Shown piece by piece: positions 26,551 through 40,534 of a DNA stretch of 64,000 bases. Source of the DNA: Octopus bimaculoides (lineage: Eukaryota); assembly GCF_001194135.2 (NCBI RefSeq), contig NC_068998.1, positions 40,682,754-40,746,753 on the forward strand. Direction: 5' to 3'. The translations under genes were made by a program, and so were the position numbers. Numbering within the stretch: the first letter of the stretch is position 1; every line of letters begins with the position of its first letter. The notes beneath the pieces were generated by a model. That model saw only the letters and a program-made list of their open reading frames with translations, was not told the DNA's origin and made no database searches.

Positions 26551-28959
26551 GTAAGTAAAGTATTCACCAACCTCTAAACATTATACATGCACATGCGTAC
26601 ACACACAGATTTAAAACTGTTTAATCTGTAAATGTTTGTTAATAGAATCTGTAATGCATGTCTCTATGTGTATTGCTTGCATTGTTTCTTCTGTTAGGTG
26701 TAACATCCTCAACTTCGTCTGCCGAGCTTCTTTCTATATCTGCCTTTTTTTGGTACACAGCAACTGTCTTTCACCATCAGCTCTTCAAGTCTTCCATGGC
26801 GTACCTTTATCACAGATACTTTTCATCAACTCTCAACTCTTTGTGTTTTCTTACCTTTCTGCCTTCTGCTACTGCCTCTGCATCACTGTTTCACTTATCT
26901 TACCCTTCAACACCTCAACATAGTCATCACTCTTCTACATATATTTCTGGATGCAGTCTTAGAATCACTGATAAATTCAGGAATTGATTAGATTTACAGC
27001 TTAGAGGACATGACTATTCAAAATTACACAAAAACTGTTAACTTAACACATATTATTCCCATCTCATCTCCTCTTCTTTTGCCTACTTATTCCTGGGTGG
27101 GTTGTGGGGACACAATCCTCAAGCATGGGCAGTCAGAGAATGAGTTGCAGGTGACGGATAGCGATGGCCACCAGATATGATGGTTAGTTGTAAGATAAAC
27201 AGGTTCCTGCCAGACAAATAGCAACCCCTGATCAAACAGCAGTAATCTACTAGGGGAGATGGAGCAATGGGTAACTCTTTTAGCTCTCAAGAAAACTATC
27301 GTACTATCAGCAATGTAGTTATGATGGGGTGAGGAAAGATTGCTTCAAAAAGCCTAGATTTTATGGGGTCTGAGAAAATTATCAAATTGGTGACTGGCGT
27401 GAATAAGACCCAAAAACTGCAGTTTGGTTACATTAATTATTTGGTTTCAAAATTTTCCTTGCACCAAATAATGAATGTCTAAATGAGGTTAACAGTTTTT
27501 CTGTATTTTTGAATGGCTAATATGTATCTTCCACATATAGTTTCAATCTCAGATCAAATCCCTTGCCAGACAGGGATTAATTACATCTATTTGTCTGGGA
27601 AAAATTCTAAATTTCTGTTCTAATTCCAGTCAACTTACTATTTTTTTTTAAAGCTTCATCTGGTATTAAATTATGGTGAATTATTGTATGGTATGGCTAG
27701 TTGCCTCCTCATCTTTCTTGTATAAGATTAAGTTATTCCTTAACCCTTTAGCATTTAAAAGCATTAAATATTGGGATCCGATATGACCCTAATATTCTAC
27801 TTGTTTTATGTTCAAACTGGCATCTCATATCTACCCTACAATGTTATTCTGAAAATAAACAACCACATCATTGAAATCTCAAAGGATTAATTCAAAACAA
27901 TGTGAATAATAAAAAGCATTGCATTTGACAGAGTAATCTGAATACTAAAGTTAAATCCTGTTCTGTAATTTCTAGTCTTCTTTTGGATAGATTGTTAGAG
28001 AGAGAGAGAGAGAGCGTATTGAGTTAGAGGAGTATCATTGAATATCAGTGATTCAATGCTCCTGGAACTTTCACTTTAATACATACAACAAGTTTGATTG
28101 CGACAGTAGTGTTTCTGTATGATGGTTTCTGTTTTATCACTCTTTATTATCACGAGTCTTTGTGGATAAGAAATTTGCTTCACAACCTCATGGCTTTGGC
28201 ATGTGTAGAGGTGTGTGAAGGCTTACATTCTGTGTTTGTGTGAATAATAACTTGAGTTACGTTCAGTATTGTCTGGCAATGCCCTGTAAGTAAATCACCA
28301 TAGAACCCTGTGCTTTCAAAGATGAGTGAAATGAAAATTCCCTTATTTGGAAAACAAGTTCAAGACAGTAAAGTCATCTACCTGAAAAACAATATGAACA
28401 CTATGTATTCCCTAACCCCTGCTAGAATGGGTTTAAAAAAGAAAAAGAAAAAAGAAAGTGAAATAAATGCCACAAACACACACACATGGACATAAGACAA
28501 TAGAGAGCAGAAACAAATACCAACTTGATAAACGATTCTGCTTACCCATTGCTCTCTACCTTATTAATATTCATTAATTAATGATTTATTTTTGTTGTCT
28601 CCTATATAGTTGTATTGATTGATAATTTAGCATCGCATTTTGTATTTTCATTGTATTCTTCCTTTGAATTAGATACCAAATTGCACCATCTCCACTCCAC
28701 TCCACTCCACTTCTACAATATAACCTAAAAGTGTAGGCATCTCAATAGTCAATATGTTTGATTGTTAGTCTTCTCTGGAAAATTCGGTTAAGAAATTGGA
28801 ACCTCAAGAAATTGGTAAATTTGGTTTTTAAACCCTTTAGCATTCAATGCTTATATATTCATAGTGGTTTGAATTAATTGTAGTTTTGAGATTTCAATGG
28901 TGCGTTATTGGTATTATTGTTTATATGGAGGTGATAAGTGACTGAGACTTTTGGTGATT

Positions 28960-29475
28960 TGCTGTGCTTGAGAAGACACGTCAAGCTAAGTGAAATCATG
29001 GTTGTGGCTAGTGCCTGTGACATGTGAAAGGCACCTGTGCCAGTGACATGCAAAAGGCACCCGTGCTGGTGACAAGTAAATGGTACCCGTGCTGGTGACA
29101 AGTAAATGGTACCCGTGCTGGTGACAAGTAAATGGTACCCGTGCTGGTGACAAGTAAATGGTACCCGTGCTGGTGACAAGTAAATGGTACCCGTGCTGGT
29201 GACAAGTAAATGGTACCCGTGCTGGTGACAAGTAAATGGTACCCGTGCTGGTGACAAGTAAATGGTACCCGTGCTGGTGACACGTAAATGGTACCCGTGC
29301 TGGTGACACGTAAATGGTACCTGTGCTGGTGATATGTAAAAGACATCCACTACACTCTATGTAGTGGTTGGCATTAAGAAGGGCATCCAGCTGTAGAAAC
29401 CAAACCAAAACAGACTGAGGCCTGGTATTCCAGTCAAAATGCCAGCATGGAAAACGAATACTAAATGACGATAAT
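28960..29475 (+). mobile_element. RTE 3'UTR copy carrying an expanded 26-bp minisatellite, nested in a TTAA MITE
   Basis: GATTTGCTGTGCTTGAGAAGAC start and GGGCATCCAGCTGTAGAAAC...GCATGGAAAA end match other copies. Confidence 0.75.
29061..29340. repeat. 26-bp tandem minisatellite, about 11 copies (CCGTGCTGGTGACAAGTAAATGGTAC)
   Basis: Units start every 26 nt from 29061 to 29321, nearly identical, no spacers; degenerate units precede them. Confidence 0.97.
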
Positions 29476-30057
29476 AATAATTGTAGGGTAGGTGTGAGAG
29501 GCTGGATGTGGCCAGTTTCAATGCTAAAGGGTTAAAGAGAAGATCCATGACCTTCTTGCCAGAAATCTATCTTTTGGTCGCCTGTATTATTGTTAGAGCA
29601 GCAGATGTTTGGTATTTAGGTTTCTCCATGTTCTAGGTCTGAACCTTACTGAGGTCAGCTGTTTGTCTGTCATCCTTCTGGGAGGGGATTGATGAAGCAT
29701 GTGCCAGTGAAGTAATGGTGGAGTTCAATATATAATCAACTGTACACTCTCCTTTCTCAAAAATATTTTTGGTCTTGTACCTAGCTTAAGTATTTTATAG
29801 CACAGTTAGTGATCAATGGTGTTATTGGTTACAAGTTTCTAATGGGTTAATCACTAGTTTAGTGACAAGGGATTGCTAAAGTGATGCAGAACAAACATCT
29901 CCAGGGACTTGGAGAGGATTGTTTTTTTTTCTTTTAAACATTTCCTCATCAATGTTTATATCTTTTGCTGATATCAAATCAGTAGATGACATATATACAC
30001 ACAAAAACACACAAGTACATATACTTACTTATATGTTGGGCCTCTGACACACACACA

Positions 30058-30236
<179 letters not shown>

Positions 30237-30645
30237 ATATTTATATATTGGGCCTCTGCTTAGTTTCTGTCTCACAAATTCTACTCACAAGGTCATCCCT
30301 GGCACTACTTGGGTAGAATTGAGCCTGGGACCTTGTTGTTGAGGATCATTCTTCATAACCACACAACCATGCCAGTGCTATTTTATGATTATTTTTTTGT
30401 TAAGTTTGTGAAATTTCAACAATTACTTAATTTCCAAAACTTTAGATTATTTTTCCAAACACGGCTTTGTTTTCTTAACCTTTTTTCTTTAATTTCCAAA
30501 CTTATACCTTCTTTTTTTCATCAAGGAAACTAAAAATACGAAGCATACTCCCCATGAAAAATTAAACTCCTTGCTTAAAACTATAATAATTTTTCTAGTT
30601 CCAATGTGTTCTTTCTCACCTCTTTTTCTTCTCCTTCTTCCATAG

Positions 30646-30813
30646 ATGTCTGGCAGTATAATGGATAATGACCAAACTCAAGACCAAATTGCTCTCCATA
30701 AAGGAGCCTCGACAGCTCGTTGTCCATCGGCAGCTGTCGGAAGACGCAGCTGTACTGTCGCTATAGACAACCGGACAAACAATATACTTAATGTAACTCC
30801 ACCATCTTCAGCT
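30646..30813 (+). CDS. NSD2: NSD coding exon 4: linker
   Basis: Long pyrimidine tract then catag. 168 nt open frame MSGSIMDND...TPPSSA. Donor |gtgagt, phase 0-0. Confidence 0.78.
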
Positions 30814-31750
30814 GTGAGTGATCTATAAAACTTGACAACTTTCCTTTAGCTAAAAACCTTTCTTCCTTTGTCCAGCAATTTCTTTTAAGGTTCTTGGAAA
30901 AGGTTTGATATGACAAGCTTTTCCCACTGCTGGTCATGGTGACTGAAACTTCAGTCTGCCACACACACACATTAAATATTTATGGCATTTTGAAAGAGGG
31001 AGAGATAGAAGAAGAAAAAAGAAACCAACCCTAAAATCATGATCAGACAGTATCTGTCTAATTCATATCGTGTGTTGGGTTTGGTGGCTTTTGAATCTCT
31101 CTGCCTGAATATTGGCTATTCTTGCCTATGAAGTGTGACCTCATCCCTAACTTAGCACTTGAAATAGGAACAGCAGAGATTGACACCTGATGTACTTGTA
31201 TATGAGGCCAGCATATACATATATATATATATATAGAGAGAGATATATATATTCCTTAATTTAACTATTTTGATACCAACCCACTCAAAACCACCCTTGG
31301 TTCTATGATACAAGTTTTCTATTTTAGAGTGATCGAAATTAAAATCTATTAAAATTTCATGTTAATTTATGTTGCAATCACCACCTTAATAAGGACAGAG
31401 TTATTTTCAAAATTAATTTAAGCAAAAGCAGTGTATTTCAACAAATGTAGTAATGAAAAGGTAAAAGCCCATTTTCCAAACTAGGTTTGGACAGGGAATT
31501 AGTTGCTGCAGGATTTTTATATGGTCAGATGCTCTCCCTGTTGCCAACTCATAGCTGTTTTCAGGTAAGGGATTTTCTTTATTTCACAGACCTTCAAAAG
31601 TACAGAGCAACCAATCATGACATCAACAAAGAATGCTAACATTGTCACCACTTCACTCAAATGGTGATGTAGAAAGCATTTACCTAAGTTGCTGCACAGA
31701 AGAACTGAGATTTCTTAACCACACAGCCATGCCCCTGCATGTATAATATA

Positions 31751-32175
31751 TCATCATCATCATTGTTTAACATCTGCTTTCCATGCTGGCATGGATCGGA
31801 TGGTTTGACATGGAGCTGGCTAGCAGGGAGCTGTCCAAACTCCAGCTGTCTGTTGAGGCATGGTTTCTGCAAGTGGATGCCCTTCTTTACACCAACCACT
31901 TAACAGTGTGTGCTGGGTGCTTTTTATGTGCCACCGGCATGGGTGCGTCAACACAGCACTGGCACGAGTGCTTTTTAAGTGGCATTGGCACCTGAAACCT
32001 GTACGTGTGGAAGACAGTAATTTTACTTAGCTTGACGTGTCTTATCAAGTACAGTAAATCACGACAACTCCCGGTGCCTTGTCATTTCCTTAATGTGGCC
32101 CAGCATCCAAAAATCCTTTCTCACCACTTTGTTCTATGTTTTCCTGGGTCTACCCCTTCCACAGGCACCCTCCTC
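31751..32175 (-). mobile_element. RTE-clade LINE 3' end, same family as 52028-52525
   Basis: Shared GGTAGACCCAGGAA (GRPR) end of coding, 3'UTR and (GAT)n tail. Confidence 0.75.
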
Positions 32176-32184
32176 AATTAAAGC

Positions 32185-32570
32185 TAGGTGTGGCTTGTGG
32201 TAAGAAGTTTGTTTCCTAACCATATAGCACGGTTCAATCCCATCATGGATCACCTTGGGCAAGTGTCTTCTACTCTAGCCTTGGACAAAGTTGATTTGGT
32301 AGATAAAAACTGAAAGAAGCCCGTTGTGTGTGTGTGTGTGTTACTGTTTCCTTGTCTTGACATCATGTGGTAGCTGCAAACGAGTGTCACCTTCATACAA
32401 GTAGCGTCCTTTATTTCCAATATCCTGTAAAAAGATGTCTGGCCATGGGGATGTGTTACCTTACTTGGGAAAGGTTGGCAACAGGAAGGATATCTAGGCA
32501 TGGAAAATCCACCCTAACAAATTCCCTCCTACCCATGCAAGCATGGAAAGTGGGTGATAAAACAATACCC
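32185..32570 (+). mobile_element. Composite SINE: tRNA head C + (TG)n + tail E; also 10790-11145(-), 12150-12660, 16335-16790, 42891-43295
   Basis: TGTGGTAAGAAGTTTG...CCTTGGGCAAGTGTCTTC head, then TTGACATCA...TCATACAA...ATGTCTGGC tail ending GCATGGAAAG. Confidence 0.78.
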
Positions 32571-34329
32571 GTACACTTATATACATACATATATACACTT
32601 ACACATGTAGATAAACTTATGTACACACACACACACAAACACAAATCTTGCTGAGCTAAAAGCATTGATATTGTCATTTCTCCTGTCAAGAAATCACCTG
32701 CTGGGTTTGCATCTTTGAGAATGTGTAGAAAAAGAGACTTGAATGACAGGAAGAGCAGCTGGGTATAAAAATAATGCCTCATTAACATATTTATGTAGTC
32801 CATGCAAGTATGGAGAAATTATCAAAATCATCGTCATCGTTTAACGTATGCTTTCCATGCTGGCATGGGTTGGACGGTTTGACTATGGACTGGCAAGTCA
32901 GGAGGCTGCACCAGGCTCCAATCTGATCTGGCAAGGTTTCTACAGCTGGATGCCCTTCCTAACACCAACCACTCCAAGAATGTAGTGGGTGCTTTTTACG
33001 TGCCACTGGCATGGGGCCAGTCAGGCGGCACTGGTACCGACCATGCTCGAATGGTTGTTTTTTTATGTGCCACTGGCATGAGCCATGACTATGATTTAAT
33101 ATTTAAACCCTGTTATTAGCTTAACTTTCTTATTTGTTTTGTTAACCATAATTTTTACTTAACCCTTTAGCATTCAAACTGATATCTGGCCCAAATATTC
33201 TACCTGTTTTATGTTCAAAATGGCCAGATCTGGCCTCTCACACCAACACTACAATGTCATTTTAAAATTAATCAAATCAGCAAAATCTCAAAGCTATGAG
33301 ATAGTGCATAATGGACTAAAAAAAAATGTGAATAAATATGCTTTTGATTTGACAGAATAATTGAAATGTTTGAGGGTTAAACAACTTGCCTGAACTCCAT
33401 TTACATCATTAGTTCAACATACATTATTACAAGGAGCCTTTATGTGGTGCTTTACCTGCAGGAAAATCAGTCATTACTGTCTTGCTGAATGAACCAACAC
33501 AATAAACAAAACAAGATTGTGTTTGATCATAGGTGTACTTGATCCAGGCTGACTTGGGGCTANNNNNNNNNNNNNNNNNNNNNNNNNNNNNNNNNNNNNN
33601 NNNNNNTACTCAATATACTGTTTCAAGTTACATTTAACTTAAGAAAAAAAATTTGCGGAATTTAATAGAATACCTTAATTATAATTGATTACAATTAATC
33701 CAGTATTTGAGTACATAACTTAGGGAATTTGTAATTTAAATATGAATAAACACTTTAAAATGGTCCATTCCAATTTTAAAATGGTCGATTTTAGTTTTGT
33801 TAGACCAGGGCTGGTCTCAGGTTAGTTTGTTTTAAAAGGGGTAAATTACACTATATTTATTTGCCCTATATTTGTTTTGCAGCTAAGTGCCCAGTCCTGG
33901 AGCATAATCCAGATGATTTTGTTTATTTGAAACCTTCACCTCTTCCTTTTTATTTATCTGTTTATGTGATATTTATATATTTTATATATATACTTTGGCA
34001 TGGGCATGGCTGTGTGGTTATGCAGTTTGCCTTGCTCTCACCTGGTTCAGAGCTTGATTCCATTACATCATTCAATATGATTGAATGAAACTGTTGACCG
34101 GTGTGTCACAGCATGGCGACTATACATTGACTGAAACCAAAAAAGAATGTATGTGTGTGTACTTGTATGTGTATGCATATTGTGAACAGTCATGTTTGTG
34201 TGAATGTGTGTATATATATATATATATCATAATTTAACATCTGCCTTTTATGCAATGTATGAATGTATATATACACACACATGCACATATATACATATAT
34301 GATTATCATCATTTAACACCTGCTTTCCA

Positions 34330-34620
34330 GTTAATGTGGAGAAATATCGTTATCAAGTGGGAGCATTGCACAAAAATTTGCAGGAAAAACTTGCATCGTC
34401 GGTCAGTCTTAAAGGGCTGTTGGTCTTACAGGACAATGTAAGACCACATAGCATTCTAGTCGCTCTGGTAAAGATTATAGCACTAAATATGAAAGTTTCA
34501 CCTTGTCCTATGTATTCTCCTGGCTTTGGTCCATCTGATCACCATCTTTTCAGATCATTATAACATTATTTAGAGGGGAAAGAGTTTAATTGTGACAAGA
34601 TTAAAAATGATAATTAGTGT
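34330..34620 (+). mobile_element. Mariner transposase C-terminal remnant
   Basis: LQDNVRPH...YSPGFGPSDHHLFRSL with D-34-D spacing; no TIRs recognised. Confidence 0.75.
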
Positions 34621-34932
34621 TTCTTAGATGAAATTTTGTTATCAATAATTAAAGGAAATATAAGGATTAAATACATACCACTTAATCCAAAGAAGCATTG
34701 CATTTGTCTCATTCTCTTATTGAAATGTGAAAAGACTTCCTTGCCAACTTCGAAACGCCGGTGTTAAAACGGGGGTAGCTGATGAAGAAGAATGTTCTCT
34801 ATGTGGCTTGTGTGTTTTCTCGTCTACGTTTTGTTTGCAATGTCCTGTACCCAGATATGCACCTATACATACAGGTGGATGTCGGTATGCACATACCTGT
34901 ACGTATATATGCATATACTCATTTACTATTTG

Positions 34933-34936
<4 letters not shown>

Positions 34937-34995
<59 letters not shown>
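34937..34995. repeat. (TA)n microsatellite
   Basis: Direct reading. Confidence 0.99.
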
Positions 34996-35001
<6 letters not shown>

Positions 35002-35576
35002 CTTTAGAGAGATTTAGAAATATTAGTATTTCTATATATGTGTGTGTGTCAGTACATAGACAATGTGCTTTTTGTGGCTATAAGGGTGTTTGACTCTTAT
35101 TTCTAGCACTGTAGGTGCTACCCTGCACCCTCAATCACTATTAGTGACAATCAAATTTTTCCTTTTTGGTTTTATATTGTGTCTAGCCACCTTCATTATT
35201 ATTGTTATTATATATATATATATATATATGAAATCATCATCATCATCATTTAATGTCCATTTTCCATGCTGTCATGGGTTGGATGGTTTGACAGGAGTTG
35301 ACAAGTGAGAGGACTGTGCCAGGCTTTGCTGTCTACTTTAACATGTTTTCTGTAGCTGGATGATCTTCCTAGTGCCAGCCACTTCACCAAGTGTACTGGG
35401 TGCCTTTTTTGTGGCACCTGGCACCATCCAGGTGCTTATCAAGTAATTTGCAGGACAAGATCCCTCAACTGAGGGAGGGAGTAGTATTGAGGAAGGTGAC
35501 TCTGTGTCAGGTGATGAGTGATTAGAGTATGATAGAATGTCTGAAACAGGTATCTTGCAGTAGAGGAGATGCATAG

Positions 35577-35788
35577 AGGCGGCGAGCTGGACGAAATGTT
35601 TAGTGGTATTTCGTCTGCCGTTACGTTCTGAGTTCAAATTCCACTGAGGTCAACTTTGCCTTTGATCCTTTCGGGGTCGATAAATTAAGTACCAGTTATG
35701 CACTGGGGTCGATGTAATCGACTTCATCTCTTTGTCTGTCCTTGTTTGTCCCCTCTATGTTTAGCCCCTTGTGGGCAATAAAGAAATA
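35577..35788 (+). mobile_element. tRNA-derived SINE family A, full copy with 15-bp target-site duplication
   Basis: GGCGGCGAGCTGG...GAGTTCAAATTCC head. AGAGGAGATGCATAG duplicated exactly at 35562-35576 and 35789-35803. Confidence 0.9.
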
Positions 35789-37489
35789 AGAGGAGATGCA
35801 TAGCTCCCCCATTTGGAAAAAAGAGAGAGGGAGAGAAAACTGGAGGGAGACAGAGATGGTGAAGAAAATGTATTGGGGTGTAGTTTCAAGTTACAGAGAG
35901 GTTGTACATTTGCATAGTATAGTACCTGTCGGAAGCAACATGATAGAAATCTCCTTTCAATAACAACTTCTTTTCCAAATCTTTTGTCTCAGTTTTCTTT
36001 TGTGTAGTATTTCAAGTTGTCCTTCTACTTCAAACCTTGCTTCTCTTTCTTCTTGTGTTTTGTTGTTGTTTTATAGCATTTGTCCCCGATTCACATTGAA
36101 CAGTGACTTGTGATTATCTTCATCTTTCTTGTTGCTCAGAGTGAAACAGTTTTTTTTGTGACTGGGCATTTCTTCAGTTTGACTCACAGTGATTTCTTGA
36201 ATGTATAGAAAATTATCTGTTCACTTCGTTATCCTTATGCTCTCTCACTCCTCACTTTCAATTATTCTCACCAGCTCATGAATGTCTTTACTATTTTCTA
36301 TTTTATATATATATATATATATACATATATATANNNNNNNNNNNNNNNNNNNNNNNNNNNNNNNNNNNNNNNNNNNNNNNNNNNNNNNNNNNNNNNNNNN
36401 NNNNNNNNNNNNNNNNNNNNNNNNNNNNNNNNNNNNNNNNNNNNNNNNNNNNNNNNNNNNNNNNNNNNNNNNNNNNNNNNNNNNNNNNNNNNNNNNNNNN
36501 NNNNNNNNNNNNNNNNNNNNNNNNNNNNNNNNNNNNNNNNNNNNNNNNNNNNNNNNNNNNNNNNNNNNNNNNNNNNNNNNNNNNNNNNNNNNNNNNNNNN
36601 NNNNNNNNNNNNNNNNNNNNNNNNNNNNNNNNNNNNNNNNNNNNNNNNNNNNNNNNNNNNNNNNNNNNNNNNNNNNNNNNNNNNNNNNNNNNNNNNNNNN
36701 NNNNNNNNNNNNNNNNNNNNNNNNNNNNNNNNNNNNNNNNNNNNNNNNNNNNNNNNNNNNNNNNNNNNNNNNNNNNNNNNNNNNNNNNNNNNNNNNNNNN
36801 NNNNNNNNNNNNNNNNNNNNNNNNNNNNNNNNNNNNNNNNNNNNNNNNNNNNNNNNNNNNNNNNNNNNNNNNNNNNNNNNNNNNNNNNNNNNNNNNNNNN
36901 NNNNNNNNNNNNNNNNNNNNNNNNNNNNNNNNNNNNNNNNNNNNNNNNNNNNNNNNNNNNNNNNNNNNNNNNNNNNNNNNNNNNNNNNNNNNNNNNNNNN
37001 NNNNNNNNNNNNNNNNNNNNNNNNNNNNNNNNNNNNNNNNNNNNNNNNNNNNNNNNNNNNNNNNNNNNNNNNNNNNNNNNNNNNCTCTCTTTCTCTCTCT
37101 GTGAAAGTATCTGTCACTACAGTATCGAAATGTGATTGTTTCAGTTAGTGGAATAGTTTCATTTTTAAAGTGAAAGTATTTGACATGAGTGTTTTTGTTT
37201 CACTTTTGACACGTAATACTTAAATAGTGGAGGAGATATTATGTTGCCGTGTGCTCGAACTCTGCAAGAAGTTAATAATTTTTTTTGACTAAAACACAAC
37301 TGGAACCCTAAGTAAGGCATGTGTAAAATTTGAATGAAATTGGTTGCGTAGTTCTCGAATTTTAGGGATTCACACAGACAGACAGACAGACAGACAGACA
37401 CACATTCTCATTTTTATATATATAGATATATATATATATATATATGTATATATTGATATATATATATGTATATATTGATATATATTCAT

Positions 37490-37805
37490 CATCATCATCG
37501 TCGTCGTTTAATGTCCACTTTCCATGCTAGCAAGGGTTGGACGATTTGACTGAAGACTGGTGAAACCAGATGGCTACACCTGGCTCCAATCTGATTTGGC
37601 AGAGTTTCTACAGCTGGATGCCCTTCCTAACGCCAACCACTCCAAGAGTGTAGTGGGTGCTTTTACGTGCCACCGGCACGAAGGCCAGTCAGGCTGTACT
37701 GGCAACGGCCACGCTCAAAATGGTGTATTGTACGTGCCACCTGCACAGGAGTCAGTTCGGCGGCGCTGGCAACGATCTTCCTCGAATGTCTTTACACGTG
37801 CCATC
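37490..37805 (-). mobile_element. RTE 3'UTR/tail copy (left arm of inverted pair around the CR1 element)
   Basis: (CAT)n-GTTTAATGTCCACTTTCCATGCTAGC...CAGCTGGATGCCCTTCCTAACGCCAACCAC. Confidence 0.8.
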
Positions 37806-37809
37806 TGGC

Positions 37810-40279
37810 ATGTGCTGAGAGACCTTGCTGCATGCAATCAAGCCCTATGCATAGCACTTGTGGAAACTTACTTCAGCCCTGATATAGAGGATGCAGAAGT
37901 ACACGTACCAAAATATGTCATACTGCGAACAGACAGAAGGGAAAGGAGCCATGGTGGAGTTGCTGTATACATCCGTGACGACCTCACACCCCAGGTCTTA
38001 CTGTCATACTCAAATTTGGTATGTGACACTCTAATTGTATACATAAGACAACATAATATAGTCATATGCAATACATATTGCCCACCGGATGCTCCAAACC
38101 ACATAGGCAAACTTGAAGATTGCTTCACTAGAATTAAGGAAATCCTCATGAAACTGGAACACCACGTGACTATATTTCTTATGGGTGATTTCAACTTCCC
38201 CAACGTCAAATGGCCCGAAGGTCTCATACTCTCAGGAATGACTTATCGCAAGCAAGCACAGGTGGAATGCCTGCTCAACCTCACCAATGCCCTATTCATG
38301 GAGCAAGCTGTTCTCAGACCAACTAGAGCGAATAACATTCTGGATCTCTACTTCACGAACAATATGGACATCATTCATGATGTGAAAGTGACGCCGACAT
38401 TAGTCCCAGAGCACAAGGCCAAAACNNNNNNNNNNNNNNNNNNNNNNNNNNNNNNNNNNNNNNNNNNNNNNNNNNNNNNNNNNNNNNNNNNNNNNNNNNN
38501 NNNNNNNNNNNNNNNNNNNNNNNNNNNNNNNNNNNNNNNNNNNNNNNNNNNNNNNNNNNNNNNNNNNNNNNNNNNNNNNNNNNNNNNNNNNNNNNNNNNN
38601 NNNNNNNNNNNNNNNNNNNNNNNNNNNNNNNNNNNNNNNNNNNNNNNNNNNNNNNNNNNNNNNNNNNNNNNNNNNNNNNNNNNNNNNNNNNNNNNNNNNN
38701 NNNNNNNNNNNNNNNNNNNNNNNNNNNNNNNNNNNNNNNNNNNNNNNNNNNNNNNNNNNNNNNNNNNNNNNNNNNNNNNNNNNNNNNNNNNNNNNNNNNN
38801 NNNNNNNNNNNNNNNNNNNNNNNNNNNNNNNNNNNNNNNNNNNNNNNNNNNNNNNNNNNNNNNNNNNNNNNNNNNNNNNNNNNNNNNNNNNNNNNNNNNN
38901 NNNNNNNNNNNNNNNNNNNNNNNNNNNNNNNNNNNNNNNNNNNNNNNNNNNNNNNNNNNNNNNNNNNNNNNNNNNNNNNNNNNNNNNNNNNNNNNNNNNN
39001 NNNNNNNNNNNNNNNNNNNNNNNNNNNNNNNNNNNNNNNNNNNNNNNNNNNNNNNNNNNNNNNNNNNNNNNNNNNNNNNNNNNNNNNNNNNNNNNNNNNN
39101 NNNNNNNNNNNNNNNNNNNNNNNNNNNNNNNNNNNNNNNNNNNNNNNNNNNNNNNNNNNNNNNNNNNNNNNNNNNNNNNNNNNNNNNNNNNNNNNNNNNN
39201 NNNNNNNNNNNNNNNNNNNNNNNNNNNNNNNNNNNNNNNNNNNNNNNNNNNNNNNNNNNNNNNNNNNNNNNNNNNNNNNNNNNNNNNNNNNNNNNNNNNN
39301 NNNNNNNNNNNNNNNNNNNNNNNNNNNNNNNNNNNNNNNNNNNNNNNNNNNNNNNNNNNATAGGCTTATCTCTCTGACTTCACACATCAGCAAAGTCATA
39401 GAAAGGATAGTCAGAGGAAAACTAATCGCATTCCTTGAAGAAAATAACTTGCTGAGTGATACCCAACATGGCTTTCGACCAGGTAGGAGCTGCCTGACCC
39501 AGCTCTTACAACATTATGACTGGGTGTTGAGGCAGTTACTCAACAACTCAAATGTGGACGTAATATACCTTGATTTTGCAAAAGCTTTTGACAAAGTGGA
39601 TCATGGTGTGATATGCCACAAACTGCGTGATCTTGGCATAGCTGGAAAACTTGGAGAGTGGTTACATGACTTTCTGAAAGATAGAAGTCAGGCAGTAATG
39701 GCTATGAAAACACAAATAGTCAGCGGTGTTCGACAAGGTACTGTCTTGGGACCATTGCTTTTTATAGTTGCCCTCAAGTGCCCGGATAGCCACCCTTGTA
39801 AGCTATGCAGACGATACGAAAGTCTCGCAGAAAATACAGAACTCCAGTGATGTTGCACATCTGCAGCAGGAGTTGGACTCAATTTACAGATGGGCTGAGG
39901 ATAATAATATGCAGTTTAATGCTGAAAAATTCCAAGCCCTGTACTACCAACGTCCAAAACTGAATATGAAACTTACAGAGTACACTGGTCGGCAGGGAAT
40001 TTCAATCCCAGAGCCATGATACCTCTTTCCAAGTGCACATTACCAGGATGGCGACAAAGTGCAGACGACTGGCTGGCTGGATCCTGAGAACATTCAGAAC
40101 CAGAGATAAGGAAACCATGATAGCAATCCAGAGAAGATTCACAAAGAAGATTGTCTCTTTGCAACTGCTGAACTACTGGAGAGAAGGTGGGAGAGGTATG
40201 CAGTAATATACATCTGGAAGATCCTGGAAGGAATTGTGCCAAATTTTGGCATTGAAAGCTACACCAATGTCAGAACGGG

Positions 40280-40280
<1 letters not shown>
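37810..40280 (+). mobile_element. CR1-like non-LTR retrotransposon ORF2 remnant (APE endonuclease + reverse transcriptase), spans a gap
   Basis: Endonuclease motifs RTDR...GGVAVY, MGDFN, PTRANNILDLYFTN. RT motifs QHGFRPGRSCLTQLL, YLDFAKAFDKVDH, GVRQGTVLGPLLF, YADD. Frameshifted and truncated. Confidence 0.92.
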
Positions 40281-40329
<49 letters not shown>

Positions 40330-40409
40330 ATATCATCATTATAATCATCATCGTTTAACGTCCGCTTTCCATGCTAGCATATTATTTATATATATGTGTG
40401 TGTAGATAC

Positions 40410-40457
<48 letters not shown>

Positions 40458-40534
40458 GTGTGTATATATATATATATGTGTGTGTGTGTGTATATATGTG
40501 TATATATATGTGTGTGTGTATGTATATATGTGTG

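Noticed and set aside
29061-29340. CRISPR-like array
   Set aside because: Units are head-to-tail with no unique spacers, no cas genes, eukaryotic intron context.
28874-29408. Three overlapping minus-strand ORFs with HQHGYHLLVTSTG repeats
   Set aside because: Translations of a stop-free 26-bp minisatellite; open in all three frames, no coding signal.
33883-33990. Possible exon after TTTGTTTTGCAG
   Set aside because: Phase-0 frame closes early, no convincing donor.
36245-39399. Long ORFs of 285-605 aa in the track (also 42022-43161)
   Set aside because: Length comes from N runs; only the endonuclease and PHD1 parts are real.
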